Source: Eledone cirrhosa | Lineage: Eukaryota | Reading direction: 5' to 3' | Length of the DNA: 64,000 bases | NCBI GenBank assembly: GCA_964016885.1 | Contig: OZ024748.1 | Coordinates: 20,584,001-20,648,000 of the forward strand | Part shown: positions 34,778-48,735 of the stretch, piece by piece | How positions within the stretch are numbered: position 1 is the stretch's first letter | Layout: the number at the start of each line of letters is the position of its first letter | Position numbers and translations under genes: made by a program | The notes under the pieces: generated by a model | What the model saw: the letters and a program-made list of their open reading frames with translations, nothing else | Told to the model about the DNA's origin: nothing | Database searches by the model: none

Positions 34778-35296
34778 TTAACCCTTTAGCATTTAAACCA
34801 GCTGTATCTGGCCAGTGAAGGCACATGGCTTAGTGGTTAGGGCATTAAGGTTGTGAGTTCAATTCTTGGACCAGGTGATATGACCTTATTTCCCATTGCT
34901 CCAGTTTATTCAGCTGTAGAAATAAGTTGCGATGTCACAGGTGCCAAGCTGTATCGGCCTTAGCCTTGGACATCAGTGGCATGGTGAGGGAAGGCTGGTA
35001 TGCATGGGCAACTGCTGGTCTTCCACAAACAACCTTGTCTAGACTTGCTGAGGGAAATTTTCTAGATGCAAATCCCATGGTCATTCATGACCGAAGGGAG
35101 TCTACCCTTATCCGGCCAGAATTCTCACCCTTTTCTGTTCAAACCAGCCGTAACCAGCTGCTCATCCAATATCAAGGTATTGTTCTCAAAATAATATCAA
35201 ATGTCAGATTCAATATTAAGTGTAATATTATGCGACAAAGACTTTACTGTGAAAATACAATAGTAAATAGAGTAAATGTAAATGCTAAAGGGTTAA
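34778..35296. mobile_element. Same piggyBac-like MITE, opposite orientation, split by a SINE
   Basis: TTAA-CCCTTTAGCATTTA ... TAAATGCTAAAGGG-TTAA. Confidence 0.8.
34816..35108 (+). mobile_element. tRNA-derived SINE with 11-bp TSD
   Basis: A box TGGCTTAGTGG, B box AGTTCAATTC; TSD TATCTGGCCAG (34805-34815) / TATCCGGCCAG (35109-35119). Confidence 0.85.
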
Positions 35297-36301
35297 GCTA
35301 GTTTGGAATAATGTACTTATATATAAAATCTTTGACTTCAATATTAACTTGATTAACCCCCTGCTTTAAATTAACAATAATTCAACCCATTAGATACTAA
35401 GGTAATGTTTGTTCAATCATAGAAAATTGTTTTAAAATTAAGATGGAAGGTTTGTAGATAAATATAAATACTTTATGCGTGTTATTCTATACATATTTTA
35501 CTTTCTATTAAAACTGTGATAGACTAGGTCATGTTTTTATTATTGTTACAAAGTAATCAAGCATGCATGGTAAGCGTAATTCATAAAAATGAACAAACGT
35601 TTTGCATATAATTAGTATTTACAAGCTACTAATGTTACAGGACAGTCAATATTTATATAAACAATTTTTTTTAAAAATAAATAAATAAAAAAAATGCCTA
35701 CTATGTCTTACTAGTTGCTTTTAGTAAAGCTGTTTTATGTTAAGCTTTAACTTATCTTTTAGTACATAATTAACTCTTGAGCCTAAAGGGCTTAACCAAG
35801 TTCAATGTGGCGTTAAACTGAATTCAATACTCTTGGACAGAACACCAGTGGGTCATTAGAAACCACTAGCTACTGATGGTGATACTCAGGGCCTCCACAA
35901 GAAATGTTGCAAGGTGATACAAGACCCCTTTGTGGCCTGAAGCAGACAAAGATTTTTCTCCAAATGGATATTGCATGTTTTTTTTTGGGGGGGGGGGGGG
36001 GGGGTTTAGTTCTTGGGCCCAGAACAAAGTACTAGCTGGATCCTCCTCCCATAAACCCTGGTGATACTTATTTTCAGCTGAGTGAATTGGGGGCAATGGG
36101 AAACTATTTCATTACAAATATGGTTGCAGAAAGACTAATGTGGCATGTGGCTTAGTGGTCTCACAAATGAAAGGTTGCACGTTTGATTCCCATATTAAGT
36201 GATGTGTCTGGGAAAGGTACATATTTTATTTTTCAATTTAACTGGAGTACTGTGATGTAATATGAAACTGAGGGAACTCTACAAGTAGATTTCTAATTTA
36301 C

Positions 36302-36482
36302 CCACAAGGCCTAGACTCTTTTAGGGAAGGCAAGTCCTTGATACCAACCACAGTATTTAACTGGTACTCTCTCAACCCCAGAGGAATGAAAACAAAAGGT
36401 GTCCATGGCAGGATTTGAACTTAGAATTTAAAGTGCTGCAACAAATGATACAAAACATTGTCCGATGCTACCAATCCACTGC
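36302..36482 (-). mobile_element. SINE family A
   Basis: CACAAGGCC...CTGGTACT...GGATTTGAACTTAGAA. Confidence 0.7.
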
Positions 36483-36677
36483 TCTTGTAAAATGTATGAG
36501 TTGTACACAACTCATACTCGAGTTCATCTGTTTTCCAAGCTGGTATAGGTTAGGTAGGTTACTATACAACCCACCATTTTACACCTGTTTTCCATGTAGG
36601 TTGGACAGGTTTCTAATGTCTGAAACAAACATGGTTGGATAACCAGTTTTGCTCACACTTTCTATGTGTTTTAAGAG

Positions 36678-36713
<36 letters not shown>

Positions 36714-37619
36714 ATATTTCAAAAGATTTTATTTTATAACATATATATAGTTCAAATTGGTGTTTCTTTAAATAGATTTCTACATATGAAATCCACAGAA
36801 ACATGAAAAGCATTTCACATTTTAACAAACTTCAGTAGAAACATAAAAAAATAAAAAAATTCAACTACTATCATTATTTACCATATAAGACATTACCCGA
36901 AAATTTAATATCAACCTCTCCCTCTGTGCTATCCGACAAATAGCCTGTCTCCATAGATAATTCTGTGCTGAAACACGAGTCATAAAAAGGACGACAAGAC
37001 CAACTCAATGTATATGAGTGTATATGTACGTATAAATGTGTGTGTATATGCATATATGCACATATATATACTAAGGGTTAATCATTAAAAAGAAAAATTT
37101 AATACCAATATTGGAGACAAATGAATGGAAAGCATCCCCCCCCCCTCCTGGTTCTGGCCTTGTGTGTTCCATAAAGCCAAGAGAGTATTACCATCTGCAG
37201 CTTTGCCCCTGGTAGGGCCAGTCGCTTTTTGGGGGGGGGGGGGTCCAGACCAACAGTGACCTGCAGTATGCCGACTCGCAGTCAAGATGGCAGCCACATC
37301 ATCCAACTACTCCGACAGAAGAACCATCAACCCGTTACGAAACTGACTAGAAGAAACCAGACTGCCCAACATTCGAACTGACCCCTGCATTCCCTTCACA
37401 AACAAGAAATTGTTTTGCACCACAAAGTTTGTGTTGTCACATGGAATGTCCTGTCGTTCCTTCACCCCAGAGATGCCACCCTATAGTCCCAAGAGTTATA
37501 CAACATGCTAAGCAAATTTTCACATTTTCATTTATTTTTAATATTTAAAATAGAATACTTGTGTCCTACCACCATTCAATCCCAACACTGATCCCACCAA
37601 CAAACTGAACATACAGCCA

Positions 37620-38420
37620 ATAGATTCCAGGGCTTTCTATTTCCTCTGTCTCACTTCAGAAACAGCAACATTTTCTATACAAGCCTACAAAGGGACATTT
37701 AGATTGTTCCTCGATTCTTTAGTTACCATTCTCACTCATTTGTCAGTTTGGTTGGAAAAAAGATTGGCATTCATTTATTTTGGGTTTAATAAATGAAACG
37801 GGCATAATAAAAATAAATTGCATAATTACTATCTCGAAGCCAACATTCTCTCGTTTAAAAAAAATGAAAAAACGATTTGCTGAAAAGAGGCATGGCGTGA
37901 TAAAGGAAATAGACTCCAATACCAATAAAGCAAAGCAGATAAACAGGAAGATGTTCTACACAAACAAGTGAAAGGTAGATTTGCCAACGTCTTGCATCAT
38001 AAAGTGCCAAGAAATTCCAATATATTACTAGAGCAGAGGTTTGTGAGAGCTCATCTCAAATCACCGAATCTAGTTGGGTTGACAGAACTGAATGCACATA
38101 TATAACCAATAAAATGTGTCTCTCCAACACCAATCCCCCCATGACCACTGATCCCACCAACATCACCAAACTGAACACGCACCCAACAAAATCCAGAGCG
38201 TGGTTTAGATAAAAAGGCATTTTTACATGACAAGAATAGAGAAGAGTTCAATCTTGGAAAGCTGTTCCTAAATATACAATATAATACAACTATCGGAATG
38301 AACAAACTCATCTTTCTCCAACAGCATTAGAATTCCCAGAGATTTTTCTCACTCACAATAGGTTTTCAACTTCAATCTCTTTTCAAGCAACAATAACAAA
38401 TCTTCCTTAAAGGTCATTGG
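37620..38420 (+). pseudogene. Possible very old Penelope-like RT/thumb remnant
   Basis: YKPT-like piece and RLKKMKKRF..IKEID..KAKQINR resemble the PLE thumb region; a degenerate hammerhead lies upstream at 36930. Confidence 0.3.
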
Positions 38421-39941
38421 AGTTATTCCCTACCAGTGGTTTGGGTAATCCATCAGTCATGACTATAGGGGCACATGGCACTACTTATGTATATAAAAGA
38501 ATTTCAATCCCCAAAACACTGCAATAATTTCTGCAGAAAAACTAGAATCAATTGTGAGCATCACATAGCAATCAAACAGCAGACCAACAGATGCTGCATA
38601 GAGGAAAAAAGAATTGTATGACATGAACAGAAAATTCATAAAGAACCAGTTCAAAGGTAACATGTATCTGTAGGACTAGCAAAATACCTCTTTAGGAAAT
38701 TTTTGAAAAATCTTGCTAAGGAAGATTGTAAGATTAATGTGCAGAAAATTTTATCAGATAAACAATGCTTGACAAACCACAGACTGATGCTAACAGTGCA
38801 TACTTGAAAAAATGTGATAAAAAAAAATTTTCAATCCCAAAATGTTCAAGAAGCTGTTATAGAAGACTGCAAAATTCATGAACAGGATATTATGCTTGAA
38901 AAATAAAGCCAGACAAACTTCACACTGATGCTAAGGGTACACTATTGAAATGTGGTGACTGAAAATCATCAATCAAAAGCCATTCATGAAGATATTGTGG
39001 CTCTAAATGATTGCAAAAATTCAGAAGGAACCTCTAAAAATAAAAAAGCTGCTTAACTGACCACTGCCATGCTAAAGATGTAAATACAATCAATAGAAAA
39101 TAGGACAGTATATTCTTTCACAACATCGGCAGATGAAAAACAGAACATCCGTAATGAACGTTTTTTACCACTTTGTATAAATCTGAGTCTTAGATTGTAC
39201 CACACACACACACAAATCAGCAAGATGTGCTCCACAAGGGTTGCCTTTGTGAAAAGATGAGCATTTGAGATCTACAAGTGTGTAACCAAAGATTGTACAA
39301 GGTGCAAAAATTGGAGGCATCCAAACTTACCAGAGTCAGTCTCAATTACGATGCTCTAGTCATTTTATCAGAATGAGTGATGATCAAATAGCTTAAGTCC
39401 TCATGTATATCCAGCTTCACATTGACAAAAGATTATTCTTCAGCTTCTTCAGTCATGGGACTGAAAGAAGCTGAAGAATAATCATGAATGTTTGCATGCC
39501 ATTTAAGACCAAAAGAAGTAGTGAACAAGTTGTAATGACATTAAAGTGTAGTGACACCTAGCAGTGAAATCCAGAGCTCATGAGAGTTACGTCACCATGG
39601 GGACTATATATTGAGACTGTCAGAGCGCTCTATCTCACACATGGCCAGCCATCCTGGAATCAAGATACAGCTCTGCCTTCTCTCTCTTGTCACTTGCAGC
39701 AGCCTTCACCACAACATGTGGGATGCAAATTACCAGCCTACTCCAGTGAACATGTTGAGAGCACCTCTCGCCCACTATGGTCTAAAACTCACCAACAGCC
39801 TAATGAGCCAACTACACCATCACAACTTGTAAAATATGTATTGTTCTATTTTTGACTTCCATGAAGTAAATCTTTATATAAACACACAAAGTCATTCTTG
39901 TTATTTCAACAACATTTATCTTATATACCATTCTTCTAAAG

Positions 39942-39956
39942 TGGTGACCCCGACGT
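39942..39956 (+). promoter_or_regulatory. tRNA-Trp primer binding site (LTR retrotransposon remnant)
   Basis: TGGTGACCCCGACGT is complementary to the tRNA-Trp 3' end; same CTAAAG-TGG context as the minus strand at 57745-57812. Confidence 0.7.
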
Positions 39957-40487
39957 AAAAAAAAAAAAAAGCATTAGAATCGGTGTCTCCAACAGCTGTG
40001 GAAACCATGAGTGACAACTGAAGCTACCTTGTCTCAACTCTCCCCCTTGCATCCTATGTGGCCTTGTTTTACAAGTTTGTCAGGACGAAAATGTCATATC
40101 GGACAGACATCTGCCAACTGACTAAGTTAATGTTGCTGGATATTCATGTATCCAGATCAATGGGAGAGTTATGTTCCAGCTAATAGTTCCTGTCATTTCA
40201 CTATAGCACACTCATCTCACCCCATGTTTAGCTTCTACACATACAGTGACTAGGTGCCATTGTAACTGCTTTTGTTGCATTTACTATTAAAATATTTCTT
40301 CATATTAGGAAAACAATCAAATGGAATCAAGAGGGAAATGATCCCAGATGAGAGCAAGCACCCCCTGTACAGACTTAACAGCTAGAAGTAGCAGTTGAAT
40401 CTGTAATTGCAAGAAGATGGAAATCAAATCTCTCCGTAGTTGCAAGATGGAAATCATAATACTAATACAACCCACTAAGTAATCCTT

Positions 40488-41083
40488 CAAGCAATTTAAA
40501 GAAGGACGCGAGGACGTGGAAGATGACCCCAGGAGCGGAAGGCCCTCAACAACCAGGACTGAGGTCAACGTTGAGCGCGTCAGGCAGGTGGTGCGTAGCG
40601 ATCATCAGCTCACTGTTCGACTGATGGCAAATGAGCTGGGCATGAATCGGGACAGCGTCTGGAAGATTCTCACTGAAGATTTGGACATGTGGAAAGTCTG
40701 TGCGAAGATGGTGCCAAACCTGCTGAACGATGACCAGAAGGGTCAACGCAATGCAAGTGTGCCAGGACAACCACGAGCGTCTTGAAAGCGAACCAGACTT
40801 GCTAGGGACAGTCATCACCGGTGATGAATCATGGATCTTTGAGTACGACTTAGAGGGGACCCGTTTTGAAGATGTGTACGACATCAAAAAGGCTGTGACG
40901 ACGGAACTGCGGAGGATCCCAGAAGAATCCTTCCAAGAGTGCATGCAAGCGTGGCAGAAAAGGATGGAAAAGTACATTATACTCCAGGGGGATTACTTTG
41001 AAGGAGAAAACTCTTAGTGTGAAGTTTGGGTTTGAAAAAAATCTTTTGTGACATCTGTCCTGGAACTTTTCTGACCCACGTCG
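40488..41083 (+). mobile_element. Mariner, internally deleted, 5'-truncated
   Basis: EDDPRSGRP, KVCAKMVP, ITGDESWIFEYD, QGDYFEG; 3' TIR followed by TA. Confidence 0.9.
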
Positions 41084-42794
41084 TATATAAAATTGCTTGG
41101 TATGAAAATGAAGCTAATCAGCCGATGTATACATTTGAGAATACTATGCATCTTCAGCAGTTCCAGCGGATACACAACAAATACACAATCTTGACAAGGA
41201 GCAAGACACTCCAAAACAATTGTCGATTGTTTTCTCTCAGCTACTGTTGGAACAAAAAGAACGAAGTTCTTCATCTACCATGTGGTGTTTTATGAGGCTG
41301 TTTACTTATAAACAAACCGAATATTAATAATAATGTATTATTCACACACACACACACACACCCCCACACCTGATTGGTGACCTGGTTTAGCTAGGAGTTC
41401 AATCTTCCTAGCTTAGAAATTCAGTCATAGCAGGTATTTAGTTTCAATTTAAAACTATGGCTGCTGTTTATATTCAATTTAAAACAGTTTATTGAAACCA
41501 AACTTTAAAATTAATATTCAGCTGTCGCATGTGAACAAACATGACTTGGCAGTTACGTACCATGTTTATCACAAAGAGGTTTTAAGTGACCCTGCCATAT
41601 TGATACTTCCTCACTTGATCCAGTGAAATATCCAAGATATAACATTTGAAAAGGGAGAGGACTGCACCAGTACTATCTTCATTATCCCCAAAAGGATTAA
41701 AAAGATAAAGAGAATTAAGGACCTTAAAAAAAAAATTTTTTTTTAAATTGAATGTAGTGAAAAAGCAACACCATTACTAAAGCAACTTTAGATATAATGA
41801 ATAAAAGAATCTAGCCCATTGATCAACAACAGAACTCAAACCACTGTTGATCAAGTACAAGATTACAGTTTCAGTCGTAGAGAGAGTAGATACAAAAATG
41901 TCTAAAAGGAAGATATAAAATACCAAAAGTTAACATTAGCATTATATGTAGCCAAGCTGATATCTTTGTCAGGTATGTCAATAGGTCTGCACCCACCAAG
42001 CTTGACTACCAGGATGTAACATTTAATAGGTCATGAAAAAGTATTTACTCAGATTGGTTTTGTATCCAATGTGAAAATATGCTCCAGAGGTTCTAAACTC
42101 TATAGGAAAGATGTTATTTAAAGGCCATAGATAAAGTTGGACCAAAGCTAAAGATATTTTAAAGGAATTCCTATTTCAATCTTTGGTATAAATTCAGTGA
42201 AAGCAGGACATCAGCTATCTGAAGACCATTGTTTTGGTTAGCAGAACAAGTCATTTAGGATCATAAAATGACCTTGTATTTTGCTCTCATTCTTTCACCA
42301 TTTCCTTGGTATTTTTATGCATCAAGTGCTCTGTTGTGTCTAATTTCTTGTTGCATATTGAATTAGCTATCTTCAGTTACCAAGGAGTCTAAAGACTAAG
42401 TCAGACCCCTTGGTAAATACAAAGGGCTGGCACCTACTGATCAGAGTGATATAAGAGAGCTAGACAAATGATAGTTGAATGGATGTCAACCATCACAAAG
42501 GCATTTTAAGATAGAACAAAAAACAGCAAACTTAGCTTACAGTAACTTTCACTTAGCGACATCTGGAAAGACCAACCAAGACATTCGTTGTGAGGAAGGT
42601 TATCACTTCGACTGTCAAATGTCAGGTAACATTTATTTACGACTACTTGTCAGCCACAACTAAGCTGTATAAAAACAAATCTCACCATCTGCCCGTTAGT
42701 CAACCAATCCCACCAGAACATAACCAGACATGTATTAAAATTGCAATTTTATTTTGGAATGTGTTTTTAAACTCCGCCCACCATTTATATATTT

Positions 42795-44770
42795 TTTTTA
42801 AGTGTTTTATATTTGTTTTGAACAAATATTTGTAGAAGAGAAAATGTTGGCGATTTTAAAAAATGATTTTTCTCTTCAGCCAATCTGTTCAGCCATATCC
42901 TCTTAGGTAGTAGCCATTTTATGATATGGATTTTTGACACTGAAATGTCAATTTACTCACCAATGTGAATATAGTTATCCCAAGGTAGTTATGGCTACAA
43001 CTATCTTATCTACTCAAGTCCTTCATGATAATATCTACAGATGGCTTTATTGTTTTGTTTCATTTCATTTCTTGTATGATTATAGCAATTTATTCATAAT
43101 CTAATATGTTAATGTATTTAAACATTTCATAGATCCATGACCTTACAACTAATCTGTTTAATCAGACTTCTAGAATGTCATATGTATGAAATTGAATAAT
43201 TCTTTTTCCTGCTAGTCATGGGTATAAGTCTGAATATTGTCATAATGGAATATTTTTCTTAGAGCCAGTGCGTGTCCTAGAGAGCCAGGCCATTAATTTT
43301 TGCATGCAAGACATTGGCAAATTTATATTCAGTCTGTACTGTGTACCTCTTTAGCTTCACTTTTAGCTAATTGGTATTAACTTATGTGGATAGAGCCACT
43401 AAAGAAAAATCATGGAATAAAGGGAGTAGCAGTGTTCCACCACTAAGTCACCCTCAGCCATGCTGCTACTTTGCTCCAGCCCCACGTCTCCTCTATACCC
43501 TGCAGTAGGTTGTTGTATAGAAACTTCCAATAGTCCTGACATATCTTGCCCCCCCCCCCCCTCATGTCAGATACATAATGTAGAGATTTTCTAAATCTAT
43601 ACTTAAGATAGATTCTTTAGCCTCCATATATTTCTCCATATTTTCCTGAATGTCTTCTTCCAACTTGTGATTATTCTGATGTCACCAATAACTTGTTTAT
43701 GGCATTCTTATCCTTAATACATAGATATGTTTGTTTTAAATGAAAAACAAAAATATAGGAAATGATAGACATTAAAGCAGAAGTTGTTGCTGAGAAAAGC
43801 CGAGTGAGTTAATGTTTATAATTATGCACTTCAGAAAATAAGGAAAGGATTAAGGAAAGAGTAGAAAGAAATGGGTCTGGCAAATTAACGGATGTATCCA
43901 GTCAGAATTCTCACCTCTTTCTGCCCAAACTGCCCATAACTGGCTGCTCATACTTATGTTAAGGTATTGTTTTCAAAATAAATATCAAAATCTCATTTGA
44001 TATGTGAAATAAGTATGCAAGGTAAAGCCTTTACCATGAAAATATAGAGTAATGTAAATGCTAAAGGGTTAAACCAGAAGCATAGGCAAGATGGGACAAT
44101 TAGGGAGATGGTGAAAGCTGTGTTAATGTTCTACATCTGCTTCTAATTGCTTGAGCTGTAATTTTATATTTTTGTAATGAAAAAATGCTAGTCTGTTCAA
44201 CTGATAGCTCTATGGATAGGTAATACACTATTTCCTACTAAGCAAAATGTCTGCAGTCTCAGAACTTCAGAATCATTTTCTTCAAAACCAGTCCTTATGA
44301 CTGGTTTCAGCATTTCTCAGTATTAGCAACACATTAGGAAATCCCACATTGTCATGCTTTTAATTTGTTCACACATAACATGACATTCTAGAAGTCTGAT
44401 TAAACAGATAAGAGTTGTAAGGTCACTGCTGTGAAATGTTTATATACATTAACATATTAGATTATGAATAAATTTCTATGTAATATTAAATGAAATCAAA
44501 CAAAAATAAAGCCACCTGTAGATATTATCATGAAGGACTTGAATAGATAAGATAGCTGTAGCCATAATTACCTTGGGATAACTATTCGCAGTTGAGTAAA
44601 TTGACATTTCAGCATAAAAAAAAATCCATATCTTAAAATGGCTACTCCCAATGAGAAGAACACAGCTGGATAGATTGGCTGAAGAAAAAATAATTTTTAA
44701 AATGGCCAACATTTTCTCTTCTACAAATATTTGTTCAAAACAATTACAGTTGTAAATATAAACCACTAAA
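42795..44770. repeat. Diverged ~390-bp inverted repeat (arms ~42795-43190 and ~44370-44770)
   Basis: e.g. TTTGAACAAATATTTGTAGAAGAGAAAATGTTGG and its reverse complement near 44705-44740. Confidence 0.88.
43893..44072. mobile_element. Third copy of the piggyBac-like MITE (partial)
   Basis: AGAATTCTCACC...GCTGCTCAT...TAAATGCTAAAGGGTTAA. Confidence 0.7.
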
Positions 44771-44799
44771 CAAAAATACAATTTCTGTCAAATGCGATA

Positions 44800-45560
44800 C
44801 AAGGAGAGGGACTGAAGCATGCAAAGAAGCTGATCAACAAGTTGAAACACCTACTGGAGCTAGACATGCTGTGGTTTTTCTCCGACATGCCAAAACCAGA
44901 AGATCAACTCCCAGAACAGGTGGCTCGCTGTCTCATCCAAAGACGTGCCCAGAGTCATGCAGACAAAGTTTCCAGCGACAACATTGGTCTTAGGTGTCGT
45001 CATCAATCAAGGCAATGTCATGCCACCTCACTTCTTCCCTGAGGGCCTCAAGCTGAACACCGATGGCTACATCTGCATTCTGAGCGAAGTAGTAAAGCCC
45101 TGGATCGACCAGGTAGTTGCAGGTAGGCCGTACGTGTGGTAGCAAGACTCAACGACCTGACATACCAGCCAAAAGACCCAAGCCTAGCTGTCATTACTTC
45201 GACCACACTTCACCCGACATCTGGCCTCCCAGCTCGCCTGACTGCAACCCCTTCGACTTCTTTGTGTGGGGTGCAGTGGAACAAGACACCAACATATCTA
45301 GCTGCAATACGAAAGAATCTGAAGGCCAGGATCACAAGTGCCTTTAGGGACCTAAGTTGGGGGACAGTGACGAAGGCCTGTAGCCGGTTCCGACGCCGCT
45401 TTGAGGCCGTCATCAAAGCCAATGGCGGGTTTATCGAGTGAAATCGAAAGAACAAGTCAGACAAACTGACCCAAGTTTGATAAATATATCTTTAAAAAAT
45501 AAAACTACTGTTATCTTTTCCTAGACAGTAATCTTGCGAACAAATATCTTCCTCACCCTG
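44800..45560 (+). mobile_element. Tc1/mariner DD37D (maT)-type transposon 3' fragment, pseudogenised
   Basis: WFFSD, GNVMPPHFF, RPYVW*QDS, WPPSSPDCNPFDFFVWG, ANGGFIE; ends CACCCTG-TA. Confidence 0.85.
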
Positions 45561-46013
45561 TATATATATATATAAAAAAATGGTAGGGAGGAGTTTAAAG
45601 ACGACATTCTAAAAGTGGACTAGGCAAAACTATAAGAACTGAAGTGAACTGTCATGGGCACTGTGTGTACGGAGTCTCGTAGTCTCTTGTTGGTAGTTCA
45701 GAATTATGTCTGTATGAAACGAGGATAAAACCCAAGGTATCCACCAGATATTCAAAACGGGTGTGTCACACCATTATAACACATTCCAAAAGAAAATTGC
45801 AATTTTAATACATGTCTGGTGTTCTGTTGAGATTGGTTGGCCAATGGACTGAAAGTGAGACTTGTTTTTATACAGCTTAGCTGTGGTTGACTCGACAGTA
45901 ATATACAATTCACAATAGAAGAACTAAGAGGAACTACCATTCTTCACTAAATTACAGTCTTACTGACAGCTCCTCTGTACATGGCTTTCATTGCTATCAA
46001 GCTTGCTACATTT

Positions 46014-46297
46014 AGTTTCTTTAAGGACCACAGGATGACAGATCAGAATACTCTCAAGCCTTCACCATATGAACAAAAGCTAGATATAGTGGCTTACTCT
46101 ATACTAGAGGACTTCTCATTTCATCATGAGGAAGAGGACAGCAGTAGCACCCTATCCAAATCTACTGAAAAGAATTCTGTACAAGGCTTTCAATATTCTC
46201 ATGCCTTTTATACTTAGTTTCTTTAAGAACCACCAGACGACATGAGAGTACCGTTACAAGCCTTCACCAGATCAACAAAAGCTAGATATAGTGGCTG
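46014..46297 (+). repeat. Local direct duplication of ~85 bp, period ~200 bp
   Basis: AGTTTCTTTAAG..CAAGCCTTCACCA..AACAAAAGCTAGATATAGTGGCT occurs twice. Confidence 0.7.
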
Positions 46298-46759
46298 ACT
46301 TAACAAGAAACTTGTTTTCTAACAAGCAAGAGGTCATCTGTAGTACTTTCTCTCCCCATCAGGTAAATATACTGAAAATACAATGATTAACCCAAGACTG
46401 GATCAAAAGACTTGCCCAAGGTGTGATGGATTCAACCCAGAACCTCATAATGGGGATTCGATTCAAACATTTTAACTTCTTAGGAAATAAAATATAAATT
46501 AATAGATACAAGGTAGTCTGCAACAACAGAAACAGATGTTTAGTACATATAGAATATAATTTGTGTGGTTTCCTATAAGCTCTTGTAACCCAAAATAGAA
46601 TCCTCATCAACATTGAAAGCAAAATGTTACAGGTGAAACAATCACTAGCTGGTTGTCAGGCTAAGGTCCCCCACAGTAGCTCAGGTGGAACCATCTAGTG
46701 ATTATGTATTTGGCTTAAGCCTTTGTTAATCAGGTAATGTTACCTATACAAAACCTTTA

Positions 46760-47065
46760 TTGGCACTGGTTACGACAACAAGTATTCCTGTTGATATAAT
46801 CAACGGAACAGCCTGCTTGTGAAATTAACATGCAAGTGGCTGAGCATTCCACAAACACGTACCCTTAATGTCATTCTCGGATATTCAGCATGACAATGTG
46901 ACAAGGCTGGCCTTTCGAATTACAGTTACAACTCAATTTTGCCAGCAGAGTTGACTGGAGCAACATGAAATAAAGTGTCTTGCTCAAGGACAACATGCCG
47001 AGAATTGAACTCTTGACCTTACAATAGAGAATTGAATACCTTAACCACAAAGCCACGTACCTTCA
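46760..47065 (-). mobile_element. tRNA-derived SINE (family B head, different body)
   Basis: AAGTGTCTTGCTCAAGGA core, GAATTGAACT B-box complement, CACAAAGCCAC A-box complement. Confidence 0.8.
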
Positions 47066-47750
47066 TGCTATACAAAACCTAGGTAACAAATATGTAGCAA
47101 ATATATAGATTAAGATACAACTTCACATGAAAGCCACATTGATTGTATCAATAGGTTTCAAACAAGAGGAACCAGGATATTAAATTTAAACCTTAATTTC
47201 TACAGCCTTTCAAATTATTGCAAGATGGAATGGCAGTTGGTGCAATTTTTGGCAATGTAGTGTCCCAATGTCCTACCAAAGGAGGTTAGAGGATGTTGAA
47301 AAAAACCTTGAATATCCCCGCTTAACTAAAAGTGGACTAGGCAAAACTATAAATAACTGAAGAGAACAGTCAGGGAAACTGTACAGGGTCTCAGTCTCTC
47401 AGTAGTTTGGTATTATGCCTGGTGAATACTTTGGGCATTACCCTTGTTTCGTACAGATACAAAACTGGTGTTACAATCATAGCAGGAGACCACAATGATG
47501 AACTTATTCGTCAAGAAGCAAAACATGAGGATTACGCCATAGTTCCAGCAATCGGAGAAATCCTGATCTGTAAAATTAAATGTCTGTTCATGATAAACTC
47601 CAAAATTAACCATTTTTATACAGCCTACCTGAAACTTTTTTAATACAAAAATTGGCTGCTTTAAAATGATGTTCTTTAAATTAAAATTTTCCATAATTTT
47701 TAGTAAGAAGCTTGTAAGTTATCTTTCCACATCAAATTGATGGTTTCTGA

Positions 47751-47957
47751 TTTAGGCACAAGGCACAACATTCTTCTATTCAGGTGGAGGGGTGGGTGCA
47801 ATTAAGTCAACTCCAGTGTGTTACTGGTATTTTATTTTATCTACCCTGAAAGGATGATGGGCAAAGCTAACCTCGGATGATTTGCGCCCAGAGCATAAAA
47901 GGATATAACTATGCTGGAAAGTATGTTGTCCGACACTACCAACACTGTTAATCCACA
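47751..47957 (-). mobile_element. SINE family A
   Basis: GGCACAAGGC...ACTGGTATTTATTTTATC...AAGGATGA. Confidence 0.75.
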
Positions 47958-48704
47958 AGCCTACCATTTAATGAAAAATGGAAATGTTAAGCTGTCTAAC
48001 AAGTTACGAATTACAGTTCAGTTAAAGAGCTCCACTTACAGTAACAGTCAAGGAACAACAGCAGATGCAGTAGATTAGTAGGAGTACCCACTCTTTAAAA
48101 ATACTGTTACGACCTCAGTTACCATATCTATCCATTTCTTAGATATTGACGCCCTGGGGAGAGACCGTCTTTAATGCATTGAAATGTCCAACATCCCTAG
48201 CAGACAACTAATGAAGGAAAATTTTCTTCTGTTCTTGCTTTTCTCTTTATAAGTACACTATATCCAGCAACTACACAGCCCCCGTTTATTCCTATATTTT
48301 ATATTTCTATCTTGCTCATCTCTCTGCAGTCGAGAATGATAAATTAAACAGTATAGGCTGCCATCTCTAGCAGCTTGTTCTGTTCATACCACCAATCACA
48401 GCCTCATGCAAACATTTCCTCTATTCACACATGCTACAAGTCAGTTACTATAGTTATCTTTAGTAGTGGGGACAATATCAGCTCAAGCAGTTGCTGATGA
48501 TCCAAGAGGTGAGTTTGAAACCATTAATAACGGTGAAACAATCTCTTAGTGGGTTTGTACAAGTGCGATTTAGTTATGAGGTAGGTTTTTCATTTTAATT
48601 TATCCTTTTAATTATGTTTCTCCTATACCTCTTAGCTTACATTCTCTTCACGCTGGTGGTTAAAATCCGGTAATGGAAACTTTTTCCTCTGTATGTGTAT
48701 ATAT

Positions 48705-48735
<31 letters not shown>

